Source: Cyanophora paradoxa CCMP329
Taxonomy: Eukaryota > Plantae > Glaucophyta
Length of the DNA stretch: 64,000 nt
Direction: 5' to 3'
Assembly: GCA_004431415.1 (NCBI GenBank)
Contig: QPMI01000691.1
Location: 3,110 to 67,109 of the forward strand
In this document: one piece after another, positions 11,161 through 20,244 of the stretch
Layout: each line of letters opens with the position of its first letter
How positions within the stretch are numbered: position 1 is the stretch's first letter
Translations under genes and position numbers: made by a program
Notes under the pieces: model-generated
Told to the model about the DNA's origin: nothing
Databases searched by the model: none
The model's input: the letters and a program-made list of their open reading frames with translations, nothing else

Positions 11161-11234
11161 TCTATAATAGGGTGAGATAATTATTTCAGTGAACTATACC
11201 CTTAAGTACTTTTCAGAAAAAGGAGTAACTCCAA

Positions 11235-11242
11235 TCAATTTT
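11235..11242 (-). promoter_or_regulatory. AAAATTGA mimivirus-type early promoter motif upstream of TVpol-helicase
   Basis: TCAATTTT on + strand, 75 nt upstream of ATG 11160, followed on the coding strand by ACTTAAG and TATTATAG. Confidence 0.55.
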
Positions 11243-11258
11243 TTCGGACCCCCCACCC

Positions 11259-11450
11259 TCATACATAGGGATTTCGCTTCCTTGGCCGCCCCCTCCGGTC
11301 AGGAACAGCCTCTTCAAACAAATACCTGATACACAATAAAGCGCCTGCTCTGTACGTACTAACCCTTACATATTTCTTGTGAAGCTCTCGAAACTCTGGG
11401 TCATTTTGAATCCTGCGTTGGATGTATCTCATTTGCTTTGTGTATGCCAT
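11259..11450 (-). CDS. Small basic protein with AT-hook-like RGRPRK
   Basis: NDPEFRELHKK and RRGRPRKR; resembles ORF 6201-6431. Confidence 0.55.
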   Translation of the reverse strand: MAYTKQMRYIQRRIQNDPEFRELHKKYVRVSTYRAGALLCIRYLFEEAVPDRRGRPRKRNPYV

Positions 11451-11504
11451 TGCTTGATGCGTTTCCTCTTATAGTATAGTTGAGATTTCTTTTTAAGTAG
11501 ATTT

Positions 11505-12002
11505 CACTCTTCAAAACGTTGGAGGGATAGCTTACATGCGCGTACTATTTTTTGGGTGGGCACCCAGTTACTCAGCCTCTTCTCAATCTTGCCACATTGA
11601 GTAATCATCTGATTAATCCAATGAACCTCCCCAAATCACAGAAATTTATGTCCCAGAAGCATGTTTAAATAATGAGTTTCTGAGCTCTTTGCTCTTTTGA
11701 ACAAAGATATTCTTGACATCACTCCACAAGAGTTTGATAATTGGATTTGACCCTTCACCATACTGCCATGTAGAGGAGTTACCAACCCGAAAATACCATA
11801 GTCCTTGTTTTTTACCTTCAGGGATTCTGTAAAGCACCTTGTGACTAAGAGCCAGACGGGCAACTTCAGCTATTGACTGGTCAGTGCCCTCCATGATACA
11901 TCGTGAGACAGCTTGTTTAATAACCTCCTCATTCTTGGATTGGACAGCATCCACTTCAGTGGTGTCAATCGTGAGAATTCGAGCATCCATTGTGACAATC
12001 AT
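11505..12002 (-). CDS. Stand-alone D5_N-like domain protein (C-terminus apparently frameshifted)
   Basis: GTDQSIAEVA...KKQGLWYF...W...IIKLLWSDVKNIF, then in a shifted frame CGKIEKRLSNW..TQKIVRACK. This resembles the region N-terminal to NCLDV D5 helicase domains. Confidence 0.45.
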
Positions 12003-12107
12003 CTTGATCTCCTTTGAATATAGTAGAGAAAATAATCTTTAAGTAGTAACTATACCAGCACTTAAAGAAATAAAATGTTCCCTATATAGAATACAGCCCC
12101 CACAACC

Positions 12108-15100
12108 ATGCCCCGCCCCAGCCACTACCAAATTAAGGAGCTCCAGGACAAGATTCTCGGGAATCTGGCCTTCCTCCTTGCGAACCACTCCATCAGTGAA
12201 AGCGAATATGAATCATACATAAGCCAAACCAACAAGAAGCTCAAGGGGCTTCAAGCTCTCAATCGAGAGCTATTAGGGAAAATTGACGCCCTTGATGAGA
12301 CTGATCGCCTTGGCCAAATCCAAGTCGAACAAACAACCACAACTCAAGTCAGAGGAGATGAATACACTACCTTAATAAATGAGCATCGCGCTCTGAACAA
12401 TAAATACATCGATTTCACAATCAGAGCTCAGCACCAGATCCTGACCACTCAAGAGTTTATAGACACCTACTCTGAGGAACTCCACACAAGGCTCCAAGAT
12501 GCCATCAATTCACAGATGTCGATTAAAACTCGCTTTACATTTGTCTGTCGCTTTTCTAAGGCCAATAATTCGAGAGATTTTATTACCAAGCACATTTACA
12601 GCACCTATGCTATCATGACAAGATCTCGAATCCTCACAAAAGAGACAGCTAAACTTGCCAAGGAATGCCAGTCGCAAATTAATGTCACAGATAGCTACAG
12701 ATTAGATAGCATCCAAGCCCTCAGGGTCATTGTTCTCTCCTTTAAGCCAATCTCAGGAGGAGCATTTATTCCATTGCCTGAGTGGCTAAAAAATAAACGC
12801 GCCATTGTCAATGTTAATAACAAGGACAATAGGTGCTTTGAATACTCCATCCTGAGCTATATTCACAAGGACGAAGTAAATAGCCACAAGCGCAATGAGA
12901 CTTCCCAATACAGGAGGTGGTTCAAAAAAGAACTAAATTTCGAGGGCATTGAGTTTCCTGTGAAGGCGGATGCTGATACTATTGATCTCTTTGAAAATCT
13001 CAATCCAGCAATCTCTGTTAATATTTACGACCCCTCTAATTCTACAGAAGAAATTAATCTACTCCACAACAGCTCCTCAAGGAACAGGAAACACCAAGTG
13101 GATCTGCTGCTAATTACAGACGAAAATGGTAACAGTCATTATACCACAATATTCAGCATGTCCAGAGTCTTAGCTAAAAATGATAAGCAGCGACTCCATT
13201 TCTGTAAAACCTGTTCCAACCACTTCAAGACTGAGGAGAAGCTTCAATCCCACATTCAAAGCAAACGTTGTGTGGATTGGAAGACAAGTGCTGGAGAGAC
13301 CCCAAAACAACCCACATTCATTGAATATGGTCTTAAACATCTCTCAAAGACTGTATTCCTCCCAGTGATTGCCTATTGCTATTTCGATTTTGAAACAGAT
13401 CAAGAAGGTATGTTCAAGATCAAATCAATCTCACTGACAGCTCTTCATAATAATAGAGTAGTACTCACTAAAACCCACTCCAGCATCTACGAGCTTTTAT
13501 CTACACTCGACAAAGTAGCCCCAGAGCTATTCAAAGCCATATTTACCAACGTCCCAATGTCACTGACCAAAGAGCAGAAACGTACCCATTACCTTGCTAA
13601 AACCTGCTACATCTGCCAAGGTGATTTCACCCAAGACAATTATAAAGTGAGGGATCATGACCATCAAACAGGCGATTTTGTAGGCACAGCATGTCGCAAA
13701 TGTAATCTCCACAGACGCACCAGCAATCTCACCAAGATTCCCATAGTGACCAATGATCTGTCCCTATCTGGAACGCAGATATTCAAGGCAGTCGCCTTAA
13801 ATCCCGAAAAAAGGGTGGAAGTCCTCGCAAAATCGTTTGACAACTACATGTCGATCACCTGGGGCTGTTTCAAATTCATTGACATCAAAAACTTTATTGA
13901 TTATGGCGTCCAGAACGTGGAAGGATTAATGGAAAAGTTCCAGCTTTTCCGCCAGAAATCACACAAAACTTTTGGGATGGACGCTGCCCACTATGTCTCA
14001 AGTCCAGGGCTTTCGTGGGACAGCATGCTATCGATTACCAAGCCCAAAATCGAACTCCTCTCCAACCTTGATATGTACAACATGGTTGAAGGCATGATCA
14101 GGGGAGGCCTTTCGATTATGAATCATAAATATGCCAAAAAGGAAAGGGACAGACACATTATATATTTGGATGCCAATAACCTATATGGATATGCCCTGTC
14201 CCAAAAGCTACCCCTCTCGAATTTCCAATGGCACCCAGAACCCTCAAATTACGACCTGTCATCAGCAGAGGGGGCCATCTTAGAAGTTGACATCCATTAT
14301 CCCCAGCACCTCCATCAACTCCACAAAGAACTGCCTCTTGTCATCAAGAGAACAGAAGATGGGCTACAAGCAGCCTGCCAAGACATATCCAACTTTGTGG
14401 TGTCGAAACCTTTGCTCCAATTCATGGTAGCACAAGGCTTAAAGGTCACCAAAATCCACAGGGTGCTAACATTTACTGAGGCTGCCTTTATGAAGCCCTA
14501 CGTCGAATCCAATGCCCAAAACCGCAGAGAAGCCGCCTCCAAACCCGAAAAGGACTTCTTTAAGATCATGAACAACAGCCTATTCGGCAAAACCATTGAG
14601 AAAGTGAGAGGAAGGTCGAATGTCAAGATTGCCACCAACGAAAAGCAATTTATGAAATACGCCAGATCGCCCCTACTCAAAGCAGAAACAAGACTAAGCG
14701 ATTCAGCAGTAGCCTTCGAAATGCTACAGAAAGATGTCAAGTTAGATAAGCCCATAGCAATTGGTGCGTTTGTATTGGATCTTGCCAAGCTGCGCCTATT
14801 TGATTATTATTATAACACCATCAAGCGGAAATGGCCAGACTGTAAACTGCTTTTTACTGATACAGATTCGCTTTGCCTTCAAATAAATTCGAAAACTATA
14901 GCAAAAGACCTACAAGACATTGATACCCACCCCACAGAGCTTGGAAAGTTCAAAAATGAGTTTGAGGGCAGAACCATTATTGAATATGCTGGGGTAAGGC
15001 CGAAATGTTACAGCATTAAAACAGATGATGAGGAAATAAAAAAACTGGCAGGTGTTTGTAAGGAGACCATTCAAACAGATCTGTCTTTCCAAGATTATAA

Positions 15101-15203
15101 AGACTATGTGCTCCACCAAAAACCCAAGCAAATCGAAATGACTGTCCAAAAGAAGCTTGAAAATGAGACCTACAATGTGAAGATGTCAAAGATTGCTTTC
15201 TAA
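12108..15203 (+). CDS. polB: Protein-primed family B DNA polymerase (Maverick/Polinton type) with C2H2 finger and endonuclease VII-like insert
   Basis: FIPLPEWLKNKRAIVNVNNKDNRCF; CKTC...H; YFDFE; CYIC...VRDHDH.TG...GTACRKCNL; YLDANNLYG; KIMNNSLFGKT; FTDTDS. Confidence 0.95.
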   Translation: MPRPSHYQIKELQDKILGNLAFLLANHSISESEYESYISQTNKKLKGLQALNRELLGKIDALDETDRLGQIQVEQTTTTQVRGDEYTTLINEHRALNNKYIDFTIRAQHQILTTQEFIDTYSEELHTRLQDAINSQMSIKTRFTFVCRFSKANNSRDFITKHIYSTYAIMTRSRILTKETAKLAKECQSQINVTDSYRLDSIQALRVIVLSFKPISGGAFIPLPEWLKNKRAIVNVNNKDNRCFEYSILSYIHKDEVNSHKRNETSQYRRWFKKELNFEGIEFPVKADADTIDLFENLNPAISVNIYDPSNSTEEINLLHNSSSRNRKHQVDLLLITDENGNSHYTTIFSMSRVLAKNDKQRLHFCKTCSNHFKTEEKLQSHIQSKRCVDWKTSAGETPKQPTFIEYGLKHLSKTVFLPVIAYCYFDFETDQEGMFKIKSISLTALHNNRVVLTKTHSSIYELLSTLDKVAPELFKAIFTNVPMSLTKEQKRTHYLAKTCYICQGDFTQDNYKVRDHDHQTGDFVGTACRKCNLHRRTSNLTKIPIVTNDLSLSGTQIFKAVALNPEKRVEVLAKSFDNYMSITWGCFKFIDIKNFIDYGVQNVEGLMEKFQLFRQKSHKTFGMDAAHYVSSPGLSWDSMLSITKPKIELLSNLDMYNMVEGMIRGGLSIMNHKYAKKERDRHIIYLDANNLYGYALSQKLPLSNFQWHPEPSNYDLSSAEGAILEVDIHYPQHLHQLHKELPLVIKRTEDGLQAACQDISNFVVSKPLLQFMVAQGLKVTKIHRVLTFTEAAFMKPYVESNAQNRREAASKPEKDFFKIMNNSLFGKTIEKVRGRSNVKIATNEKQFMKYARSPLLKAETRLSDSAVAFEMLQKDVKLDKPIAIGAFVLDLAKLRLFDYYYNTIKRKWPDCKLLFTDTDSLCLQINSKTIAKDLQDIDTHPTELGKFKNEFEGRTIIEYAGVRPKCYSIKTDDEEIKKLAGVCKETIQTDLSFQDYKDYVLHQKPKQIEMTVQKKLENETYNVKMSKIAF

Positions 15204-15214
15204 TCCCAATATAG

Positions 15215-16585
15215 ATGTCATCAAAGATCACACGCAGACAAACAGAGTACGATGTGAGTATATTGCCAATCCCAATCCCTCAAGAGGAGAGAGGGGGTCG
15301 CATTCAGAAAAAGAGTGACCTGAAAGCTTTAGTTCCTGCGGATATCCCAACTGCCATTGCTGTGCCCCACTTGGATCCCTTAGCAAGGACATTCTATGAC
15401 ACCAAGGTAGGATTTAAAGGCCTGGCTTCATTGGCCAAAGAGCTTCCAGATGTGCCAAGAAAGACAATCCGTAGATTCTATGATGCCCAAGAAATCAACC
15501 AGATAAATAAACCCCTCCCATCTGCCAAGAAGACTGCCTATATCCCAATAAGACAGCCACTCGACTGCTATGCCATAGACCTAATCTTTTATCCCTCATA
15601 TAGCAAACAGAATCAAGGCTATAACACATTCCTCACAGCTGTAGAAAATACCACAAGGCTCGGCTTTATTATTCCAATGAGGGGAAAGACAGCAGAAAGC
15701 ACATTGAACGCATTTAAGGAGCTTGAGCAACAAGTCCCTCGTCCAATTGTGAAGATACAAAGTGATGCTGGGAGCGAATTCCTGAACAAAGTATTTAAAG
15801 ACCATTTAGAAGCCCAGATGATTGAGCACCAAGTTTCGCAGGTTGGAGATCACAATAGCCAAGGCCGAATAGAAGCCTTTAATCGCACAATAAAGAAGCT
15901 AATTAACTCGTATTGTATAGCGAATAATACTGTAAAGTTTTTCGACAAGCTCCAAGATTTTGCCTACAACTACAATAATACCATCCACTCAGCAACGGGG
16001 ATGAAACCAGCAGAGACCACAGAGGTACATGTTCCTCTCATACTCGCAAAAGAAAACGAGAAATTCATGAAGTCAATTGAATATCTAAAAGACTATCCAG
16101 CAGGGAGCCACGTGAGAACTAAAATAGAGAAAAGCCCATTTGCCAAGCAGGGCAATAATTGGAGCCGCGAAATATTCACAATAGAAGGAGTGGAGGGGTT
16201 CAAATTCAAACTAAGGGACATTTCTGGCAAACTAATAGATCGACTTTATGCCCACTACGAATTACAGAAAGTGGAAGCCGTGGAGTTCTTGGAAGCCCCA
16301 TCAATTAATGTCATTGAAGAGGCAAAGAAAGAGGCCAGAACAGAGCGACTTTTGGCCAGAGAAGGGATTGAGAGGGCTCCAAATGTGCCAGATAAACCAT
16401 TATTGGAGGACAGAGCAGGGAAGAAGAAGAAACAAGGGAGAGAGTTGGAGAGATTGAGGGTGGCGGGAACAGAGAGATTAGCAGGGGGAGCAGAGGCAGT
16501 AAGGTGGTATAGAGATTTCTCAAATTCAAAGGAGACCTATGAAGCTCCAGCAATTTCCACGAGATCAAGGAGGAGGGCAGGATGA
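15215..16585 (+). CDS. Retroviral-like (rve, DDE) integrase, Maverick type
   Basis: AIDLI, IQSDAGSEF, GRIEAFNRTIKK, YNNTIHSATGMKP, NWSREIFTI. Confidence 0.95.
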   Translation: MSSKITRRQTEYDVSILPIPIPQEERGGRIQKKSDLKALVPADIPTAIAVPHLDPLARTFYDTKVGFKGLASLAKELPDVPRKTIRRFYDAQEINQINKPLPSAKKTAYIPIRQPLDCYAIDLIFYPSYSKQNQGYNTFLTAVENTTRLGFIIPMRGKTAESTLNAFKELEQQVPRPIVKIQSDAGSEFLNKVFKDHLEAQMIEHQVSQVGDHNSQGRIEAFNRTIKKLINSYCIANNTVKFFDKLQDFAYNYNNTIHSATGMKPAETTEVHVPLILAKENEKFMKSIEYLKDYPAGSHVRTKIEKSPFAKQGNNWSREIFTIEGVEGFKFKLRDISGKLIDRLYAHYELQKVEAVEFLEAPSINVIEEAKKEARTERLLAREGIERAPNVPDKPLLEDRAGKKKKQGRELERLRVAGTERLAGGAEAVRWYRDFSNSKETYEAPAISTRSRRRAG

Positions 16586-16632
16586 GACATCTGTTACACA
16601 TTATTGTTTTTTCTTAGCTATTGGTATTCAAA

Positions 16633-17031
16633 ATGCTTGCCAAAGGTTACCATGTGATGCTCGATTTCCAATTCAGCCAACCAATTAGCGACCATGTGGG
16701 GCTCTCTAAATGGCTCATGAATGTCAGTGAAGACATCATCAAGAAATATGGAATACAGGTTGTCCACAAACATGCTGAGATTTTTGATGGCACCAAATCA
16801 CCCCCTGGATTTGCCCAAGTATTATTATTAGATGAAAGCCATTGCTCTGCTCATTGCTACAGTGATCAAGGCATGTTGGCAATAGATATATTCAGCTGTG
16901 GAAAACAGGCAGAAAGGAATACAAGTTTAATTGCTTTTGAGCTGGAGGAGGAGATAAACAAATATGCTGTTGGATTTGGGGCAGTGATCAAAAAGAGATT
17001 ACACCATGAGAAGAAGAGATTTGAAGTTTAA
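16633..17031 (+). CDS. speD: S-adenosylmethionine decarboxylase proenzyme (short prokaryotic-type SpeD fold)
   Basis: GYHVMLD...F....PPGF..VLLLDESHCSAHCY...GMLAIDIFSCG, including the ES/H autocleavage pyruvoyl site and the DxFxCG motif. Confidence 0.85.
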   Translation: MLAKGYHVMLDFQFSQPISDHVGLSKWLMNVSEDIIKKYGIQVVHKHAEIFDGTKSPPGFAQVLLLDESHCSAHCYSDQGMLAIDIFSCGKQAERNTSLIAFELEEEINKYAVGFGAVIKKRLHHEKKRFEV

Positions 17032-17054
17032 GAGAGGGGCAGGAGAGGCAAGAG

Positions 17055-17147
17055 AGGCAGGAGAGGCAGGAGGGTTATATGTAAAATCCCACACAAGAGG
17101 GGATTCCTTAGGAAAGTTTACAAATAACCCTCCTGCCTCTCCTGCCT
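17055..17147. repeat. 31-bp inverted repeat (1 mismatch), possibly subterminal/origin hairpin
   Basis: AGGCAGGAGAGGCAGGAGGGTTATATGTAAA (17055-17085) versus TTTACAAATAACCCTCCTGCCTCTCCTGCCT (17117-17147). Confidence 0.9.
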
Positions 17148-17269
17148 AATTGGTGCCGAATCCAAGCTTCTAATACCCCAGAGGCGGCCAACATACTGGT
17201 GCCAAAAAGACATGATTAATACCCTAAGACCTGAAATAAATGCTTACTACCCTAGTACCTGAAACGCGC

Positions 17270-17344
17270 ACACATAGGGATACCCCTGATCCAAGCCTGT
17301 AGGCCGAAGGCCGGAGGGCTTGGATCAGGGGTATCCCTATGTGT
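17270..17344. repeat. Perfect 28-bp hairpin with inner GGCC-GAA-GGCC mini-hairpin
   Basis: ACACATAGGGATACCCCTGATCCAAGCC (17270-17297) versus GGCTTGGATCAGGGGTATCCCTATGTGT (17317-17344). Confidence 0.95.
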
Positions 17345-17697
17345 CAGGTGGGCGGCGGGAGCGAAGAGGCCGACGACGAGAATGGCGGCTGGACGGAGCG
17401 CGGTGAGATGATTCACACCACCATCAACATCAAGATGCCCCGATTCGTCGTCGAGGCCTTTTCGAAGCTCCCGCTCGAGGGGCGCTGGGACCTTCAGAGG
17501 ATACTCGACGAGGGCTTCATGAAGAGCACGAACAATGTGTGCAGGCAGTGCACGCCAAAGACGCCCCGCGCCACCCTCCGCGACTTGATAGCACACAAGA
17601 CCCAGGCCGATTTCGACTCAATCACCCTCCCCGTAGTTAGCGAGTTCCTTGCCGAGTACGGGCTGTAGCTTTACGTCTCGATGTTTTCTGAGTTCTA

Positions 17698-18536
17698 TGC
17701 AGGTGATTATGAGTGCCTCTACGGATATCGATTGGGACCAGGTAGCATCCGATCTCGATGCCGTGTTAGATCAGGCAATTGGGGGGGATGATGAGGCTTT
17801 GCACACGGTCGTTGAAATCCTTCATAGGGCTCTCATCATTGAGCGCCTTCCCCCCGAGCAGCACCTTCCCTTGGTGAACGCTATTCTCTTTACGCTGCAT
17901 CTTCTTAGGGCAGGCGACGAGCCGGTAGACTTCCAGGGCATGCTGCAACAGATAGGTTTGGAGACAATGACGGCAAGGCTCATCAATAGGGTATGGGAGA
18001 AGCTCCTGGAATCAAGGGGCCGCAAAGGGAAGGGGCCTCAGAGGCAGACATGGTGGCAGTGGTTCTGGAGGCAGGCCCCCGAAGGTGGAGCGAAGACCTC
18101 TGAAACCTCCGAGTCGCCGGAGTCCGGCGGCACACCGGGGGGCTCGGGTACGTCAACCGAAGCAGGAGGCAAAAAAGAAGAGAGCGAGAGCGAGCCCAAG
18201 CCTGATCCGGTGGCTGCGGCTAGTACCTCCAAGCCCGAAAGGTTCCTGTACAGGGGGCCCGCAGGGGGGAATCCGGAGCGTCCGCCTCCCCGGAACCCCC
18301 CCAAACCCGATCCGGTCGTTCGCATGCTGGCGGGCCTTCGCAACCGAATCTATTTCCCGCAGCTGCCCGTGCCGTACCCGGGCTACATCGCCCCCATGGA
18401 GCCAATCTACGTCCGCGCACCGGCGGCGCCCCCCATCCCGCTCCTCCCAGGGCTGCAGTACATGCCGCTCGATTCGGACGCGAGCGAACACTGGGGGGGC
18501 CCTTCCACTTACCCGTGGTCGCCACACGCTTTCTAG
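17698..18536 (+). CDS. Hypothetical protein (helical N-terminus, low-complexity Pro/Ser C-terminus)
   Basis: Long intron-less ORF in an operon-like run of + strand ORFs. Confidence 0.5.
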
Positions 18537-18589
18537 CTATCCCGGACCCAGGGAGAATCGATTTATTTGCACCCCCTCCCTTGTGAGCG

Positions 18590-19585
18590 ATGACCTCGGA
18601 ATTCTTCCACGTCAAGCGGGAGTGGGGGATCGAAGCGGCCTCGTACGCCGCCGCATTCGTCCGAGCGCACCCGAAATGGGCGCAAATGTCCGGCGCCATC
18701 GGTTCGGGGTGCGACTGGGACGCCGACTGCATTGCCGAGCAGCTGGCCCGCGTGGCCCGGATGGCGTTCAGCCGCATCCCGAATTCGATCATGCCGTTTT
18801 TTATGGACAGGGACAGCGCCGCGCTCGAGCCCTTCCGCGTCCTTTCGCTGGGCACGGGGAACGGGTTCGCGGAGGGGTTCCTGGTCTCGTGCTTCCTGCG
18901 CAGGTTCCCGAGGGTGCGGCTCATCACCGTGGACTGGTCGGAGCCCTGCGCGGAGTTTCGAGAGTTCATGGCGCGCTCGAGGGCCGAGCACGTGCACTAC
19001 TACTCCATCTCGCAGGCGATCGTGAGCGAGTTCTCGGTCGACGGGGAGCTGCGGCCCAACGTGCACTTCGTATTCTCGTTCAACCCCGTCTTCATCTCCA
19101 GCCCGGGATCGGCAATGGGCGCGCAGGATAGGATGTTCCTGCGCGCCTTTTACGATACAATGGAGGCGACGGGGTACACCCCGGGGCTGCTTGGGGTAAA
19201 TGCGCACGGCAACAAGCAGCCGGTGGTGCCTTTCTCGGCATTCCACGCCCCCTTCTACCCCACGGACGAAGATCTCGATATCGCGCTGGGCCAGGTGAAC
19301 TACAAGAACCCCGACAATCTAGCCACCCGCCGCCCGGGGGATTACGACCACCCATCCCTGCAGCCCCACCTCAGACGCGAGCGGCTCCAGGCGCTTTTTG
19401 ACCCGCTGCTGCAGTCCGGGGCCCTAATTAAACTGCCGCAGGGGGCCTTTGACGGCCTTCTCCAGCTCGACCAGCAATCGCGGGAGCTCCCCGAGGGCCC
19501 GCGCACGTTCGAGCCCTTCGTGCGGCCACAGATAGACAGGGCGTCGCGGTACGGGATCGAGTCGGGGCCGTTCTATTCGGAGTGA
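18590..19585 (+). CDS. Putative class I SAM-dependent methyltransferase-like protein
   Basis: RVLSLGTGNGFAE (motif I-like) followed by RLITVD (motif II-like) and FVFSFNP. Confidence 0.5.
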   Translation: MTSEFFHVKREWGIEAASYAAAFVRAHPKWAQMSGAIGSGCDWDADCIAEQLARVARMAFSRIPNSIMPFFMDRDSAALEPFRVLSLGTGNGFAEGFLVSCFLRRFPRVRLITVDWSEPCAEFREFMARSRAEHVHYYSISQAIVSEFSVDGELRPNVHFVFSFNPVFISSPGSAMGAQDRMFLRAFYDTMEATGYTPGLLGVNAHGNKQPVVPFSAFHAPFYPTDEDLDIALGQVNYKNPDNLATRRPGDYDHPSLQPHLRRERLQALFDPLLQSGALIKLPQGAFDGLLQLDQQSRELPEGPRTFEPFVRPQIDRASRYGIESGPFYSE

Positions 19586-19618
19586 GTTGGCCTTGGTTGG
19601 TTTACTATCGGTAAGCGT

Positions 19619-19852
19619 CTTAGGAGAACACAGGCTCGACGGTACAGTGTTTCACAGGCTGGGCGAAACAGTGTTTCGTGCAGACCGGCTGCGGAATACC
19701 GAGCCGGCTTAGGAAACACAGGCCTGACGATACAGTGTTTCACAGGCTGGGCGAAACAGTGTTTCGTGCAGACCGGCCGTGGAATACCGAGCCGGCTTAG
19801 GAAACACAGGCTCGGCGATACAGTGTTTCACGGGCTGGGCGAAACAGTGTTT
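19619..19852. repeat. ~2.6 x 88-bp tandem repeat rich in AAACACAGG / ACAGTGTTTC
   Basis: Units start at ~19619, 19708 and 19796. Confidence 0.9.
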
Positions 19853-19919
19853 TGTCGAGTTCGATTGCGAAATTGTCGACCCCCGAGCCCTATCGCGGTA
19901 GCACTCGACCGCCCCTCGA

Positions 19920-20200
19920 ATATCGCCAGTTCCATACGAACATAGCTTCAGGTCGGCCCCCCTTGACTTTAGTAGTCACGGGGTCGGGGGCGGACCCTAT
20001 GTTCGTACGGAACTGGGGATACTCGAGCCGAGAAACACAGGCCGGAGAACACAGGCTTGGCGAAACACAGGCCGACCGTTGGCCGGCTCAAATAGCGCCA
20101 GTTCCATACGAACATAGCTTTGGGGGCGCCCCCGTGACTTCTATAGTCATGGGGGCCAGCCTGTGTTCCTATGATCGTACGGAACTGGGGATACTCGAGC
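19920..20200 (-). repeat. Two diverged, inverted copies of the 154-bp palindromic unit of the 25.9-28.2 kb array
   Basis: CGCCAGTTCCATACGAACATAG...TTGACTTTAGTAGTCACGGGGTCGGGGG...CTATGTTCGTACGGAACTGG is the reverse complement of the array unit. Confidence 0.9.
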
Positions 20201-20244
20201 GCGTTAAAAGCCCCCGAGATTTCGTGAGCGCCAGAATTGACGTA

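Larger units (their letters stand above)
1..17250. mobile_element. Endogenous Polinton-like virus / Maverick-like element (left part outside the window; right boundary approximate)
   Basis: AT-rich, intron-less, gene-dense block with MCP, two pentons, packaging ATPase, pPolB, TVpol-S3H and rve integrase. Base composition shifts to higher GC at ~17.25 kb. Confidence 0.9.

Noticed and set aside
1-17250. Bacterial prophage or contamination
   Set aside because: The gene set (DJR capsid, pPolB, rve integrase) is that of eukaryotic Polinton-like viruses, and it is contiguous with intron-rich host genes.
17030-17260. Definitive terminal inverted repeat and target-site duplication of the PLV
   Set aside because: The other end is outside the window, so TIR and TSD cannot be verified.
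17255-17350. Hammerhead or other ribozyme
   Set aside because: No intact CUGANGA/GAAA core in a three-way junction; it is a simple long hairpin.
19852-20244. N-terminal extension of the 473-aa ORF
   Set aside because: It runs through the palindromic repeat copies from a TTG start; ATG 20245 is more plausible.
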